A stretch of 64,000 nucleotides of DNA from Schizosaccharomyces osmophilus (GCF_027921745.1 NC_079238.1:3100001-3164000); one strand, 5' to 3'. Counted from the stretch's first letter, positions 24,033 through 37,787 are shown. The notes: generated from the sequence alone by a model not told the origin. Translations and numbers: made by a program.

Positions 24033-25361
24033 TCACCGACGCATATTGATATCACCACTTGCCTTACTATGGCTTCGATGACTGCTTGTACTGCCACGAC
24101 GTCCGTGTCGATGAGTAGAAGCTGGAGGAGGAATCAAGGTACCTTTCATATGCGCATACAACACGGAAATGATGTCTGTTAAACTAACAACCCCAAGTAG
24201 CTGGTTCACCTTCACACCTCCACTAGAGCTAGTGAAATGAGAATTGTTTTTAGGGGAGGGAGGACAAGAAGGTGATTGTACAAGCCACAAACGATGGCAT
24301 TGTGTAGCAACTAATTTAGCCAATGTGAAGGCAAAAGTGGATGATTCGTAAATATTAAAAGCAGGAGCACTGTCTTTGCCGGCACGGATGCCTTGTTCAC
24401 TTTTAATAACACTCAAGAAATGGGCACATGATTTATTGAGGAGGTATACAGAGGAAGACCGTGTAACATACTTGACGTCGACCAAAGATATATTTCCTAG
24501 TAAGCGGAACTGAGAATCCACAACAGCAAGCGAACCGATACCTGTTTGGTCTAAAATATATGTGAGTAAAAGGTGGAAAGCAGGAAAGAAAAGGTAAAAA
24601 GTACATACTCATTTGGCGTAATGCAAGGGCAACTTTTTCATCCCCTGAGATGCAAGTAATATCACAACTACCGATATCCAAGGAATGAATCTTCAAAAAG
24701 TTAGTCAACGACTTGGTTCGTTTAAGTGTAAAAAGCTTACCGTTCTAGCCATAAGGGGCTCTAAGTCTGGGAATGCACGAATATTATTCCAAAGGAAACG
24801 GATGATCGATCTTTGAGATGCCATGAAACTTAGATCGCCATTTTCATTTGTGACAGCAACACGACGAATACCGCTAGCTAAAGTCTTTGCCAACTCTCCA
24901 AGAGTAGTTGTGTGTGGAATAGTCATAAATACGTCTTTGTTTTTTCCAAGGAGAGAAACCTCGTACGCGGTAACCACATTTCCAGCACGAACCTTCTCAG
25001 TAAGTTCTTTGTATCTATCATCATTGAAGTCATCAAAACCCACAACCATTAGCAAAAAAGCATTTAAATCCGCATAGTCAAACGTAGTAACGATTTCGTT
25101 ACTTCCCTTAGCGGCAAGAATGGGAAGTGCACTGAGTTCACGATCAATGAGAATTGAACTTGCCTCTTCCATGGACATTTCTGGGTCAATCAAAGCAATT
25201 TCGTTATCATGAAGAAAGGTAACTGGTAAGTCTTGCCATGATTTTGATGGGAGGCCTTGTGGAACAGGAAACTGAGCCAAAAATTCAGACACAGAATTGA
25301 CGCCAAATGATTGACGCCCTGAGCTTGGTAAAGACTCTGCTGATTGAGGTGACAAAGGCAT
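24033..25361 (-). CDS. sds23: CBS-domain PP2A-type phosphatase inhibitor Sds23/Moc1; two introns (~24691-24740, ~24551-24608)
   Basis: MPLSPQSAESLPSSGRQSF, SQRSIIRFLWNN, LLGNISLVDVKYV and LGVVSLTDII. Confidence 0.95.
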
Positions 25362-27267
25362 TCTGTATATTGTATATTTGTAAGTAGATGTAAACAAAAA
25401 AAGGGCTCAAAACGTACGGTGTCGTGCGTTTGTCAAGACCAGTAAGAATATGGTTCTTGGATAGCGTCGCAGCATGCAGTGACGGAGATGCCTAGTGATA
25501 CAATACGAAGAGTCGCATATTAGAATACACAACTTATATTCGTATTTAATAAAAAATATTGTATAGTACAAGTTTTGTATATAATCTTTTGGCTTTTGCT
25601 TGTGGTTTTTGACAGTAAACATTCAGAATTTACGTAGAGTCAAAAGAGGTGAGAATTACATTCTTCCAAGAAAAAGGTAAACAAAGAATGATGTGTTTTC
25701 AACGAAAGTTCTTCCTTTGTTCATTCTTTTTAAATTTTCGTGAATTTATTGGAGATTGGTAAGGTCTAGTGGGTATTCCTCCCTTTGGTCTACGATCATG
25801 TGAACAACATGAAAGATTTTTTCACTTTGACATACGATGGATCATGTTGTTGTATTTTTTTTTCCTTTTTTTTTTTTAGGAACGAGCGTTTTCGTTATGC
25901 TTGTGCAATGGTAAGCTTGCGCCAAGTGGAACATTTCTCAATCTATTCATTGTATAGATGATATCCAGAAAGCGTCCATGAGCAACCACTTTGTTCTTCT
26001 TTCGATGCTACCTGATTCCCACCTACAAGGGCGCATGGTTTTCAATAGTTCTTGAATTAATTCACATAAAAAAACACGAAATCTTTCTTATAACAGTAGC
26101 TCTTTTTGATTTCTTCTTTTTCTCAATTCTTTTTTTTTTTTTTTCTTCTATCCCAAACAAACCTTCTATGATACCTAATTTTTGTTGTTTGCCCAAGTAG
26201 CGATGTAACTCGATTTTTTTGAAAGTAACATAGGTCATCGAAAAAAATTCAGGTAACATTGTTATGCAACGTTTACCGAACGACAAGACGTAAACAAATA
26301 AACAAAAGAAAAAGACCATCTTTGAGAAAATTGATTAAAAAACTAAAAGAACAGTAGAGACGCGATTTTCATTTTACAGATAACTTTTTTTTATGAGTTT
26401 GTAAGTAAAGTTTTTGTTCTTTTCCAATACTGTATATGAAAACTGTTTGCTATGGGGTTGAAGAAATACCAATGCATAGCATAGTTTAGATTGCGGGCTT
26501 TCTCGCTTTCACATTTGGTCATGTGTTTTCTTTGGTTTTTTTTTTTTCCTTTTCTAGTTCATATAAAATTCTATTTATTATGAATTTCTTCTCAAGCGCA
26601 TCGTTTACAAGCTATAAAATTAGAAAATGAAAACAACTTCTTCCCACTTCTTCGATATTTCTCAAAAATTTATATATTCTTTTATTTTTCTCGGTAAATT
26701 CAATATCTACCTTTGTTCTTCCTCACGTCTCCTTTGAGGTTTTGAAGCCATGCTTGGTACCGTCTACCGACGACCCTTTCACCTTTAGCCATTCACTTCG
26801 TTCTTTGGGCACCGGCTGAAACGGGGATACTTTGTATCCGTTTCCATATTACAAAAGGAAATAGAAAATTTATTTACCTTTTTTCCCTTTGTTCTTTCTC
26901 ACAAATTTTGTTTTTTGCATTCCCAGTACCCTAAAAGACGTTTTCTAAGTTGATCTGTTGCTTCTTTCCCTCGCATCCTTTTTTCTCTTGAACTTTTTAT
27001 TTTCTATTTTTTGGCAGCATTTTTTATTTTTCTTTACATTTATATCTATACCGGTTTTTGCCTCTTCATACGTTCTTTACCTACTTTTCTGTTCGGGATC
27101 ACATTCTTTTCAGTTTGTCTTTCGTTTATTCTATATTCATTTCCCTCTTTTTTACTATCAATATCAACGCTCTTTGGGGTTAATCAAGAGAAACCTGATA
27201 TCTTATTCTATTGCCAAAATTAATAATTTAGACTGTCATTTATTTTTGTTTTTGTTTTTACCAATCA

Positions 27268-29547
27268 ATGAACTCGGCTTTAGAGCGCTCTGGTACTTTA
27301 AAGAACCGCCTTTCGGTTTTGCGACATCGTCAGAGTACATCTACCCTCTATACCATAGATTTAGATAGTGGAACGGAATTTGAGGATGATTTTTACAAGC
27401 TGGATCGCGAGTTACAAGAACTCAAGCAGAAAATCTCTATACAGTCCAAGCGAAACTTCGTTCTTGAAAAAGATGTTCGCTTTTTAGACTCTAGAATCGC
27501 CTTATTGATTCAGAACCGTATGGCCCAAGAAGAACAAAACGAGTTTGCAAAGCGTCTGAGCGGTTCTTACAACGAAGTGAGGGGTGACTTTCCCGATGAT
27601 CAAAAGATTCAATTGTACGGATCCCTATTCTTTCTTCTTCAGTCAGAGCCTTCATACGTTGCTAGTTTAGTTCGTCGTGTCAAACTATCTAATATGGATG
27701 CTCTTCTGCAAATAGTCATGTTTAATATTTACGGAAATCAATATGAAAGCAGAGAGGAACATCTTCTCCTTTCCTTATTTCAAATGGTTCTTACTAGCGA
27801 ATTTGAGGCTACTTCAGATGTCACGTCCTTACTCCGTGCAAATACTCCTGTCTCTCGAATGATGACAACTTATACCCGTCGAGGTCCCGGTCAAGCATAT
27901 CTACGAAGTATATTATACCAGATTATTAACGAGGTTGCTGCTGACGATTCAAAGTCATTACAGATCAATCCGCTTCAAGTTTATCAACAGCTTGTCGATA
28001 ATGCAACCTTACCTGTCGATGATGTTACTGGGTTGACTACGGAGGAGATCGCTGATATACCCATAATTAAAGACACAATCACTGAACGTTCGTCCGAGTT
28101 GATACAGATAACTCAAAAATTCCTCCAATCTATCTTAAGAAGCTTGGACGTGGTTCCCTACGGTATTCGTTGGATCTGCAAATTGATTCGGTCTTTAATT
28201 AATCGCTTTTTTCCCAAGGTACCAGATAGTACTATTTGTTCCTTGATTGGCGGTTTCTTTTTTCTGCGTTTCATAAATCCAGCTATTATTTCCCCTCAAA
28301 CCTCCATGCTGTTGGAAAGTAATCCGTCAGACAATGTTCGAAAAACTCTGGCTGCAATCGCAAAGATCATTCAGAGTGTAGCTAATGGGACAAGTGCCTC
28401 TAAAAGTCAGTCACCAATGTTTGAGCCTTTTTTGAGATCATATGAGAGTAAAGTCCTTAATTTTCTCCAAAAGTTAGGTGATGTTGATGACTTTTACGAC
28501 GCTCTCGAGTTGGATCAGTACGTTGCCTTGTCTAAAAAGAGCCTGAATCTTGAAATAACGGTTAACGAAATTTACTTGACTCATAAAATAATACTGGAGA
28601 ATTTACCATATATACCTGATCCAAATTCGCACATTCATACCTTGATGGACGAGCTTGGTGAGGCTCGCGAACCAGTTCCTCAATTTGATAATTGGCTGGT
28701 GTCTATTCAGTTATATAATAGATGGGAATCTTCAATCCCAGATTTATCAAGGAAATTGAAGGTCACGCGTGAAGACATCTTGTTTGATGATGCTAAAACA
28801 TTATTTTTGCAATTACTTCGACTTTTCCCTAATGGTCACCCTGTAACAAAATTACCCTTGCAACTTCGGAAAATAGCTGATGCAGTATCTAACTTTAGAA
28901 ATAGTTCTTTGATAAGAAAGGGTTTAAAAGCAATTCAACTTTTGGAACGATTGTCAGATTTGGGTCTTGTCTACAAGGAGAATAATTATGAACCTTTAGC
29001 TTCCGAGGTTGAAAAGGAGTATCTCAGTTTTGATAAAATTATTCGAAGAATACAGGTTGAACGAGATGCACTAAAGGACGTTCATAAAGCTATATGCGAC
29101 CACAATGAATATTTACGAATGCAATTGGAGATCTATGCTAGCTATTTGGCCAATGCCAGATACCAAATGTCTGGGTCTAATGGTGAATCCAAAAAGCTAG
29201 CTCGCGGTGTCGGCGTAATTGGGATCAAACCGAAACACAACAAGACCAATGAAGTCGTCCGATTTTCGGCACTTCAAATGAAAAAAGAGCTAATTTTATT
29301 GGATTTTTCATTCACAAATGCAGATCCAGCGAATGTCTATTTTACGTTTTCTAGGTTGCAAGACGGAAACTTTCAAATTTCCATATACGAAGGCGGTTAT
29401 CCACGACCTTTAATTGATTTGCAAGTTACTTTAGAACATGTGAGTCAAAAGAGATATGCTGATAATTCTGTTTTGGACATAAAAAGCGTTAAGTTTGAAG
29501 CCAATAAGCTTTATCATCTTCTTGAACAGGTATTTTTGAGACGATAA
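27268..29547 (+). CDS. gap1: Ras GTPase-activating protein
   Basis: RasGAP motifs [12 protein letters not shown] (arginine finger) and [16 protein letters not shown], plus a RasGAP_C region. Confidence 0.95.
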   Translation: MNSALERSGTLKNRLSVLRHRQSTSTLYTIDLDSGTEFEDDFYKLDRELQELKQKISIQSKRNFVLEKDVRFLDSRIALLIQNRMAQEEQNEFAKRLSGSYNEVRGDFPDDQKIQLYGSLFFLLQSEPSYVASLVRRVKLSNMDALLQIVMFNIYGNQYESREEHLLLSLFQMVLTSEFEATSDVTSLLRANTPVSRMMTTYTRRGPGQAYLRSILYQIINEVAADDSKSLQINPLQVYQQLVDNATLPVDDVTGLTTEEIADIPIIKDTITERSSELIQITQKFLQSILRSLDVVPYGIRWICKLIRSLINRFFPKVPDSTICSLIGGFFFLRFINPAIISPQTSMLLESNPSDNVRKTLAAIAKIIQSVANGTSASKSQSPMFEPFLRSYESKVLNFLQKLGDVDDFYDALELDQYVALSKKSLNLEITVNEIYLTHKIILENLPYIPDPNSHIHTLMDELGEAREPVPQFDNWLVSIQLYNRWESSIPDLSRKLKVTREDILFDDAKTLFLQLLRLFPNGHPVTKLPLQLRKIADAVSNFRNSSLIRKGLKAIQLLERLSDLGLVYKENNYEPLASEVEKEYLSFDKIIRRIQVERDALKDVHKAICDHNEYLRMQLEIYASYLANARYQMSGSNGESKKLARGVGVIGIKPKHNKTNEVVRFSALQMKKELILLDFSFTNADPANVYFTFSRLQDGNFQISIYEGGYPRPLIDLQVTLEHVSQKRYADNSVLDIKSVKFEANKLYHLLEQVFLRR

Positions 29548-29825
29548 TGGTCTGTTTATTCAAAAAGCCCAGCGCGTAATATATATACATAATCTTGCTA
29601 ATATTGGGCTTTTTGTTATCTGTTTCTTTTAGTATATTTTATTGTTATTTATTGCTTAATAGAAAGCATCGCTGGATTATTTTGGTTTTATTGAATATAA
29701 CTACTTATAATATAGTTTAAACAATTCTCATACACTACTTATCGTTTTTAGTCTTAAGAGGCCCATGTGCTATTAAAAATAACATTCAAAATAATCAACG
29801 TCAATCCCTTTTTTCTTTATTCTCT

Positions 29826-31642
29826 TTACTCAGGGGGTCCTTCCTTCAAACTGCTTCGGCCAGCACGAAGAATTTGGTCCACGCTAATTAAATTGCTGGC
29901 AATAACGGTAGCAGAATGCAACATATGACGAACGACTCTATAGTTATCGTAGATTCCTTCTATTTCAGGATCGAATGGCAAACCCGTTCGAATATCAAGT
30001 CCAACCTTATATCCTTCCATAGCTTCTTCTTGTAAAGCTACAATAGCATCTTGGATATCGTAACTCGAGTTGGCAGCCAAAGTCTTTGGTATAACTAAAA
30101 GGGCATCAGCAAAAGCATAAACACCCATTTTAGCTTTTCCTTTTACTTCTTCTTGAGCAAATTTATTACGAAGATGACCAGCACAAGCAATTTCGAAAGC
30201 ACCGGCACCAGCGACCAAGCTATTATCCTCTAAAGCGTTTTTGACAGCGCGAAGACCGTCTCTGGTAGCTTCTTGAATTTGCTTGATCGTATAGTCATTG
30301 GGTCCGTGAATAAGAATCGTGACACTTTTAGGTTCCTTGACGTCTTCGACAAAAGTAAACTTCTCTTCACCCATGGTTTGTTCGTATACAGAACCAGCCC
30401 AGCCGAGGACTTCAGGGGTAAGATCATCGACACTGTTTTGAGCAACACCGCCGCAAACCAATTGTAAACGCTCCATATTACGACGCTTGGCACGTCGTAA
30501 AGCCATAATACCATTCTTTGCCAACACATCCAAAGAAAGAGGATCAATACCCTTCTGATTGATAACTACAAAGTTGGAAGTAGGATCTCTTTCACAAACT
30601 TCCTTCTTAAGTTCAACAATTTTACGAAGTTTCTGATCGACGAAGTTTCTTTCACTTTCAACCAAACGTTCTCTCTGCTCAGGGGTACTATAGAAGAAAC
30701 CAGAGTTGATTTCACTCTTTTCATACTCCAAAGAAACATTCAAAGTTAAAACAAAAGCATTCTTCACCTGCTTGGGCATATCAGGATGACGGGCTCCGTG
30801 ATCTAAAAGAAGGCCTTTAATTATTTTGCTGTCAGAAGATGAACGGTTCTGCATTTTCATGATTTCGACCATGTGGAGATCAATCGACTCATTTTCTTTC
30901 CGTATAGCTAATACAGAATCTACAACTGCAGGAGCCAAGGTCTCCACAACCTTGGAAGATATCTTTGTGCTCAATGATGTCTTGGCGACGTTCAGCAAAA
31001 CCTCACGGTCAATTTCAAACTTGGTTTTGAAGTTTTCCAAGAACTTCAAGGATTCTATTTTGGCAAGGTCAAAACCATCACTAATTAAAGATGGATGAAG
31101 ACCTTCACGAATATACAACTCAGACTGTTTAAGAAGCTCACCGACGAGAAGACAGACAGATGTTGTGCCATCTCCAGTGACTTCATCCTGAGCAGTAGCT
31201 GCTTTAGCAATGCAAGAAGCAGTGGGGTTTTGAATTTGCTAGACAGTGTTAAGATACAATCTCTGTTTGGAAACCGAACGCTAGTCAAGCCATTTAAGCT
31301 AAACAACTAAATAAACCTAACAGCGCTCCAATTCATTTTTTATTTCCTTACCATTTCTGAAAGAAGTACTTTTCCATCCTTAGTAAGTTTAATTCCACCA
31401 GCACCATCAACCAGCCTGAGAAATCTGTTAGTAAAACTACACTTAAAAAAAGTTCCATACATTTTGGTGGTACCAGTAGGACCCAGGTTGCTTCTTAATA
31501 CATCTTGAAGACCTACTGCAGCGGAAATATTGACCTAACTCTGTCTTAGCAAACGCGCTACTCTGATAAATACCAAATCTCTTACCTGCAACGCTTGTGA
31601 GCGCTGAATGGACTCTGCTTTAGGATTCAGTAACGATAACAT
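29826..31642 (-). CDS. cct6: Chaperonin CCT zeta subunit; introns 31535-31585, 31416-31460, 31239-31351
   Basis: [44 protein letters not shown] and [13 protein letters not shown]. Confidence 0.96.
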
Positions 31643-31932
31643 TGATTTTTTGATATCCCTTCGAGAGTTTTGTTGTAGGAGAGGATGCTTGCGTCTTTAA
31701 TTGAATGCGTTGATGAATAACGAGTTGTTGCTATTTAGTGTTATGCAGTGGTAGGAACTGGAGTTTTATGTATGTTAAAATGTATTAGGATGTACTTTTT
31801 TACGACGGTAATATATTTTACGGCGGTAAAATAGGGGCGAGTATGCCTTAGCACTAGGGGCAGACAAATTTTATCCATAGCACCTACATTCAGGACTGGT
31901 TGCGGCATCAAGTTGCAAACAAGTGGAAAAAA

Positions 31933-33444
31933 ATGGTCGACTACTTGTTGTATGAATCCGCAACGGGTTATTCCCTCTTTGACGTAGTTGGAGCGGAAGA
32001 AGTCGCTGGTAAAACTAAGGAAGTACAGCTTTCTCTTCAGGACCTCTCGAAATTCGGAAAGGTCGTGCAATTAAGAAGCTTTGTTCCTTTCAAAAATGCT
32101 GCACACGCCTTGGAAAATGCAAATGATGTTTCTGAAGGCATTTTGAACGAGTACTTGAAAGGCTTTTTGGAATTAAATTTGCCCAAGGCTTCGAAAAAGA
32201 AGAAAATTTCTTTGGGAGTTCAAGACAAGAATTTGGCTTCATCCATCAAGGGCGAACTCGAAGGTATTGAATGCGATACATCTGAACTTGCTCAAGATCT
32301 TTTGCGTGGTATCCGTTATCATGGCGACAAGATGTTGAAGCAACTTTCTGCTGGTGATTTTGAAAGAGCTCAGTTGGGTTTGGGTCACTCCTACTCTCGT
32401 GCCAAGGTAAAATTTAATGTCAATCGTAACGACAACATGATTATTCAAGCTATCGCTATCCTCGATCAATTGGACAAGGATGTTAATACATTCTCTATGC
32501 GTATGAAGGAATGGTATTCTTGGCATTTCCCCGAGTTGTCCAAAATTGTCGGTGACAACTACAAGTATGCTCTTGTTGCCAAATTCATTGGTGATAAGAA
32601 TTCGGTGAACGACGAAATTTTGCATGATTTGGCTGCCCTTGTCGACGACGACAAGGATGTTGCTCAAAGCATCATTAGCTCTGCTCGTGTCTCCATGGGT
32701 CAAGACATCTCTGCCATCGATTTGGAAAACATCAGTGCATTTGCCGAACGTGTCATCAAGTTGAGTGAATATCGTAGACAGCTTCACAATTACTTAGTTC
32801 AAAAGATGAGCGTTGTTGCTCCTAACCTTGCTGAGTTGATTGGTGAAATGGTTGGTGCCAGATTGATTTCTCACGCTGGTAGTCTTACCAATCTTTCCAA
32901 GTGCCCTGCTTCTACCGTTCAAATTCTCGGTGCCGAAAAAGCTCTTTTCCGTGCTTTGAAGACTCGTGGTAACACTCCCAAGTATGGTATCATCTATCAC
33001 TCTAGTTTCATTGGCAAGGCTGGCAGCAAAAACAAGGGTCGTATTTCCCGATTCCTTGCTAACAAATGCTCTATCGCCAGTCGTATTGATAATTTCAGTG
33101 ATATTCCTTCCACTGCATTTGGTGAAGTCTTGCGTCGTCAAGTCGATGAGCGTCTAGGCTTCTATGATACCGGTGTTGCTCCTACCAGAAACAGCGTCGC
33201 CATGTCCGAAGCTTATGAGAAGGCTCTTTCCAACGTTAAGTTGGATGGTGACGAGGAAGACGCTGCTGAGGAGGAAGTGAAGGAGGATACCGACAAGAAG
33301 GACAAGAAGAGCAAGAAGGAAAAGAAAGAGAAGAAGGACAAGGGTGAAAAGAAGGAAAAGTCTAAGAAGAAGCGCTCTTCAGACGATGCTGACGAAGACT
33401 CCAAGAAGAGTAAGAAGAAAAAGAAGAGTCACAAGGAAGAATAA
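31933..33444 (+). CDS. nop56: Box C/D snoRNP protein Nop56
   Basis: Start MVDYLLYESATGY; LGLGHSYSRAKVKFNVNR; PASTVQILGAEKALFRALK; KKE/D-rich tail. Confidence 0.96.
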   Translation: MVDYLLYESATGYSLFDVVGAEEVAGKTKEVQLSLQDLSKFGKVVQLRSFVPFKNAAHALENANDVSEGILNEYLKGFLELNLPKASKKKKISLGVQDKNLASSIKGELEGIECDTSELAQDLLRGIRYHGDKMLKQLSAGDFERAQLGLGHSYSRAKVKFNVNRNDNMIIQAIAILDQLDKDVNTFSMRMKEWYSWHFPELSKIVGDNYKYALVAKFIGDKNSVNDEILHDLAALVDDDKDVAQSIISSARVSMGQDISAIDLENISAFAERVIKLSEYRRQLHNYLVQKMSVVAPNLAELIGEMVGARLISHAGSLTNLSKCPASTVQILGAEKALFRALKTRGNTPKYGIIYHSSFIGKAGSKNKGRISRFLANKCSIASRIDNFSDIPSTAFGEVLRRQVDERLGFYDTGVAPTRNSVAMSEAYEKALSNVKLDGDEEDAAEEEVKEDTDKKDKKSKKEKKEKKDKGEKKEKSKKKRSSDDADEDSKKSKKKKKSHKEE

Positions 33445-33908
33445 ACCTGAGTTATTCTCTTCGCTTTTTTGTTATATTATTTGGATTTCAGTAGGGAGAT
33501 TTAAAAATGCTTACGTTTTGAAAACTTTGCTTGTAATAAAAAATTTAAGCTCTTTCAGTAAAACTTTCCGTAGCAGTCGTAAATGTTTTGTTTGTAATAA
33601 GTAAGCGTGCTTTTGTAAGCTGTATATTTGAGGTTTAAGGTAGTACTGAAAAGTGAAATTGTAGGAATAATTCATCCAACGTTGATTCCATGAAAGCTCG
33701 GTTTTTAAGTAAAACGGTCTGAATGAATGGCCAACAAGTTCTATTATGTTTTAATAAAAATTAACTTATTTAGCTTTAAAAATTGGGAAAATTCAGCTAA
33801 AGATATTACTATGTTCTTCGATGAAGCTACTGTGAAGCCTTAGGTTGTTGGTGGCATTCGATCCTTCCTCCACCACCACACTACTGGTTTTTACTAGAAG
33901 TAGTAAAA

Positions 33909-35516
33909 ATGAGTTCTGAAGTTAAAAGCGCAAGCTCTCTTGGTAAGAGAAATTAAAATTCTTTTTATATAAGTGAAACTAACCGTATATAGCGGCCAAA
34001 TATGACTTGTCGCAAAAAATTATGCAGCATCTTGACCGCCATTTAATCTTTCCTTTGTTGGAGTTCTTGTCTTTGAGAAACACACATAATCCTAAGGAAT
34101 TGTTACAGGCCAAGTATGACTTGCTTAAGGATACCAATATGACAGACTATGTCGCTAATTTGTGGACGGAGCTCCATGGCGGTCAAACAGATGAAGCTTT
34201 GGCAAATCAATTTGCTGAGAAGAGAAAGAGCGTTTTGGATGAGCTCTCCGAGCTAGAGGAGGAAGTCCAAGGAATTTTGGGTGTTTTGGAAAACCCAGAT
34301 TTGATTGCTGCCCTCCGTCAAGACAAGGGCCAAAACTTGCAACATTTGCAAGAGCACTATAGTATTACTCCCGAAAGAATTGCTGTTTTGTACAAGTTCG
34401 CTCAGTTTCAATATAACTGTGGTAACTATGGTGGTGCTTCTGATTTGTTGTATCATTTCCGTGCATTCAGCAAGGATGCCGACTTGAATGCTTCTGCCAC
34501 CTGGGGCAAATTTGCTTCTGAAATTTTGACTGTTGATTGGGATGGTGCTATGGAAGAGTTGGGTAAGCTTCGGGAAATGGTTGATTCTCGCAGCTTTAAA
34601 GATGCCGCTGTTCAATTAAAGGATCGTACCTGGTTATTACACTGGTCTTTATTCCCCTTGTTCAACCATGCCAATGGTTGTGATACTCTTTGTGATTTAT
34701 TCTTTTACACACCATACCTGAATACTATTCAAACCTCATGCCCCTGGTTGTTGAGATATTTGGCGGTGGCTGTTGTTACCAACCAGAATAATGCTAATCA
34801 GAAGCCCCGTAATCCCAGACAATCTTATCAGCGCCGTATGCGTGATCTTATCCGCATCATTAACCAAGAGAGCTACGAGTATAGTGATCCTATAACTTCC
34901 TTTGTTTCTGCTTTATACTCTGAAGTTGATTTTGAAAAGGCCCAACGCTGCTTGAGAGAGTGCGAAGAAGTTTTGAAGACTGACTTTTTCCTTGTTTCTC
35001 TTTGTGACCACTTTATGGAAGCTGCTCGTAAGCTCTTAGCTGAAGCTTACTGCCGTATCCATAGTGTCATTAGTGTCGATGAGTTGGCCAACAAGTTGGA
35101 GATGGACAGCGCTCAGCTCATTCAACTTGTAGAAAACCAAAATAATGCTTCCAGCTCTACTGCCGCAGCTGCTTCTAGTCAAGCTAACCTGGATGAGTCA
35201 GATACTGCCTCTTCTACAGCTGGCGCTGGAGATATCATTCCAGAGACCGAGACTACAACGGAAGCTGAAGAGCCTGAACCCGAACCTCAATTTGGTTTCA
35301 AGGCAAAGATGGATGGGGTAAGTAAAAAGAAAGATATAGAAAACAAACTATGTTTAACTATGCTAACAATTATAGGAATCTATTATCATTGAGCATCCCA
35401 AGTATTCTGCTTTCCAGCAAATTATTGATCGCACAAAGTCTTTGGGATACGAAAGCCAAAATTTGGAGCAAACTCTTTCTCGGAGCATTGCTGATCTTAA
35501 GCTTCCTTCAGCTTAA
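33909..35516 (+). CDS. int6: eIF3 subunit e (Int6/Yin6); introns 33943-33992, 35318-35375
   Basis: LDRHLIFPLLEFL, RTWLLHWSLF and YLNTIQTSCPWLLRY (PCI protein). Spliced ends are in frame. Confidence 0.96.
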
Positions 35517-36194
35517 GGAACATATGAAAACACGGTATTCTGTTGTACGGAATAGGACGTTAAAGATCTAAAGAAAGCTCTTTTTTTTTCAGGTTGGGTT
35601 GATTGGTCCTGCCAGTATAGTATGTAGCTTTGGTGTTTTATAAAAAAGAAAATAACGGAATTAATACAATTTTTGTTTAAGCCACCATAAACATGCGATG
35701 GAACACTTGTTTTTGGGAAACATATGTTCCAATTCTGACTTGCATCATTCCGAATAGAAATTTGATATTTTTCAATGCAAACAAAACTTGACAAACATAT
35801 AAGATAGTAATATGTCGCCAATGACTTCAAATTTTGTTTCAAACTGGTACAAAGTACCTCTTTAAGCCTATGTTTTTACATAGATTATTTTATTCATTCT
35901 ACCTAGCTGGTACTTAGTTTTACTGAAAAAAAGATTAGAAGAAAATAAGGAAAATTGTTGATAATGATTCGGTGACATCTTTTAACGCATTGGAAAGCAT
36001 GATTACGGTACTCGATTTAGCGGGGACAAGGTATGACTTAAAGTTTTGTTTTTGCTTTGCATCTAGAAATCGTACACTTACTGACTGCCTTTACAAGCTT
36101 ATCTTTCCTAAAGCCACAACACCTGATTGACATTGGAAGTGAAGAGGTTTAACCGTCATTAGAAATTGGCTGTAATTTGGAAACTTATAAGAAA

Positions 36195-37787
36195 ATGTCG
36201 AAAGAAAGCCAACTCGAAATAAAGGAAAATCAGGATCCTAATGCAGGTTCTGAGGAACTAGTTGGTGAAGAGGGACAGGTGGAAGGATACCAGAAAGAGG
36301 AAGGAAAATTTAAGCTGGTTTTGTCGATTTTAAAACAGTGCATTGGAGTGAAAGACATTGCATCCTTACGTTTCAGCCTGCCAGCTCAACTTTTGGAACC
36401 AGTAGGAAATTTGGAGTACTGGAATTATGTAGATAGACCCGATTATTTTGCAACTATGGGTGATGATGATGATGATCTTGAGCGCATGCTGTCTGTTTTA
36501 CGCTGGTGGTTCACAAAGGATTTAAGATTTATACGGGGTCGTGTAGTGAAACCGTACAATTCAGTTTTAGGGGAATTTTTTCGCTGCAAATGGGATGTGG
36601 AGCAGCCGTTAGTTCGTGAAGATCATACCATTGATCCTGAATCATCTCATCTTCCATTATACAAGACGGAATACACTGAATCGACAAAGTACCCAATAGG
36701 AACCGGGTACTACCGCCCTTCGACATCTCGATCACAATCGAGCAAAAGCATAATGGGGAAGAAGACAACGAAGAAGAGCTCGAAATATAACGTCTCCGAC
36801 GAGAACGCTTCTGCTTCCGTTCCTAACTTGAACCAGGATTCCCTTACTTCATCGCTTTCAAATCTACAACCTCCAAGCTCTGCAAGTGCAAACGAACGTC
36901 ACGAGTCCATGAACCCTTCCTCCGATTCCATGCGCTACAATGATATGCAATCCGGACTCAATCCTCCTCAAAAGCATCCCGTAGTATTCATGGCTGAGCA
37001 AACTTCCCATCATCCGGCCGTCAGCGCTTATATTGTTACATGTCCCTCCAAAGGAGTAGAAATTTTCGGTCAAGATCAAATTTCCGTTGGGTTTACTGGA
37101 ACCTCTTTTAAAGTTTCCTCTGGGCACCTCAATAAAGGTGTCCATGTTCGTTTCAATCACCGAGACAATGAAGAATACCTATGCACACATCCTTCTGCTT
37201 CCGTTGGTGGAATCCTTCGAGGCAATTTGCATATTAATATGCAAGATTCAACATATATTACTTGTCCTAGAACCCGGATCAAAGCTATAATAACTTATGT
37301 AGAAGAACGCTGGCTTGGGAAACCAAAGAGCTTAGTGGAGGGTGTCGTTTTTCGCTATGACCCTGAAGATGACTGTTATGATACTATAAAATCAGTTCCC
37401 AATGATTGTATTTTGGCTACCCTCAAAGGAAACTGGAGAAACTGCATCTTCTACAACTACGCTGGTGATTCCGAATCGAAGATGCTAGTTGATTTGAATG
37501 AACTTGATTTAGTCCATAAGCGCTGTCCTCCTCTAAATAGACAATTTCCTTTTGAATCTCGCAAGATTTGGTATCCTGTTACTCAGAACATTGTTAGCAG
37601 GCGATACCCCCAAGCCACCAAGGCTAAGCAGGAAATAGAAGAACAACAAAGACAATCTTCTTCTATGCGTCAAGAATCGAGCACTGAATGGAAACCACGC
37701 TTTTTTATTCCAGACAATGAGAACGGCCATCCCATTTTAACAGAAGCTGGCAAAAATGTCCTTTTAGAAACTCTAGGTGAACACTGA
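36195..37787 (+). CDS. Oxysterol-binding protein family (ORD only)
   Basis: KPYNSVLGEFF and the OSBP fingerprint variant EQTSHHPA. First ATG at 36195. Confidence 0.92.
   Translation: MSKESQLEIKENQDPNAGSEELVGEEGQVEGYQKEEGKFKLVLSILKQCIGVKDIASLRFSLPAQLLEPVGNLEYWNYVDRPDYFATMGDDDDDLERMLSVLRWWFTKDLRFIRGRVVKPYNSVLGEFFRCKWDVEQPLVREDHTIDPESSHLPLYKTEYTESTKYPIGTGYYRPSTSRSQSSKSIMGKKTTKKSSKYNVSDENASASVPNLNQDSLTSSLSNLQPPSSASANERHESMNPSSDSMRYNDMQSGLNPPQKHPVVFMAEQTSHHPAVSAYIVTCPSKGVEIFGQDQISVGFTGTSFKVSSGHLNKGVHVRFNHRDNEEYLCTHPSASVGGILRGNLHINMQDSTYITCPRTRIKAIITYVEERWLGKPKSLVEGVVFRYDPEDDCYDTIKSVPNDCILATLKGNWRNCIFYNYAGDSESKMLVDLNELDLVHKRCPPLNRQFPFESRKIWYPVTQNIVSRRYPQATKAKQEIEEQQRQSSSMRQESSTEWKPRFFIPDNENGHPILTEAGKNVLLETLGEH

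Noticed and set aside
26958..27267. Hydrophobic ORFs upstream of gap1
   Set aside because: T-rich leader sequence with TTG starts, giving F/L-rich artefacts.
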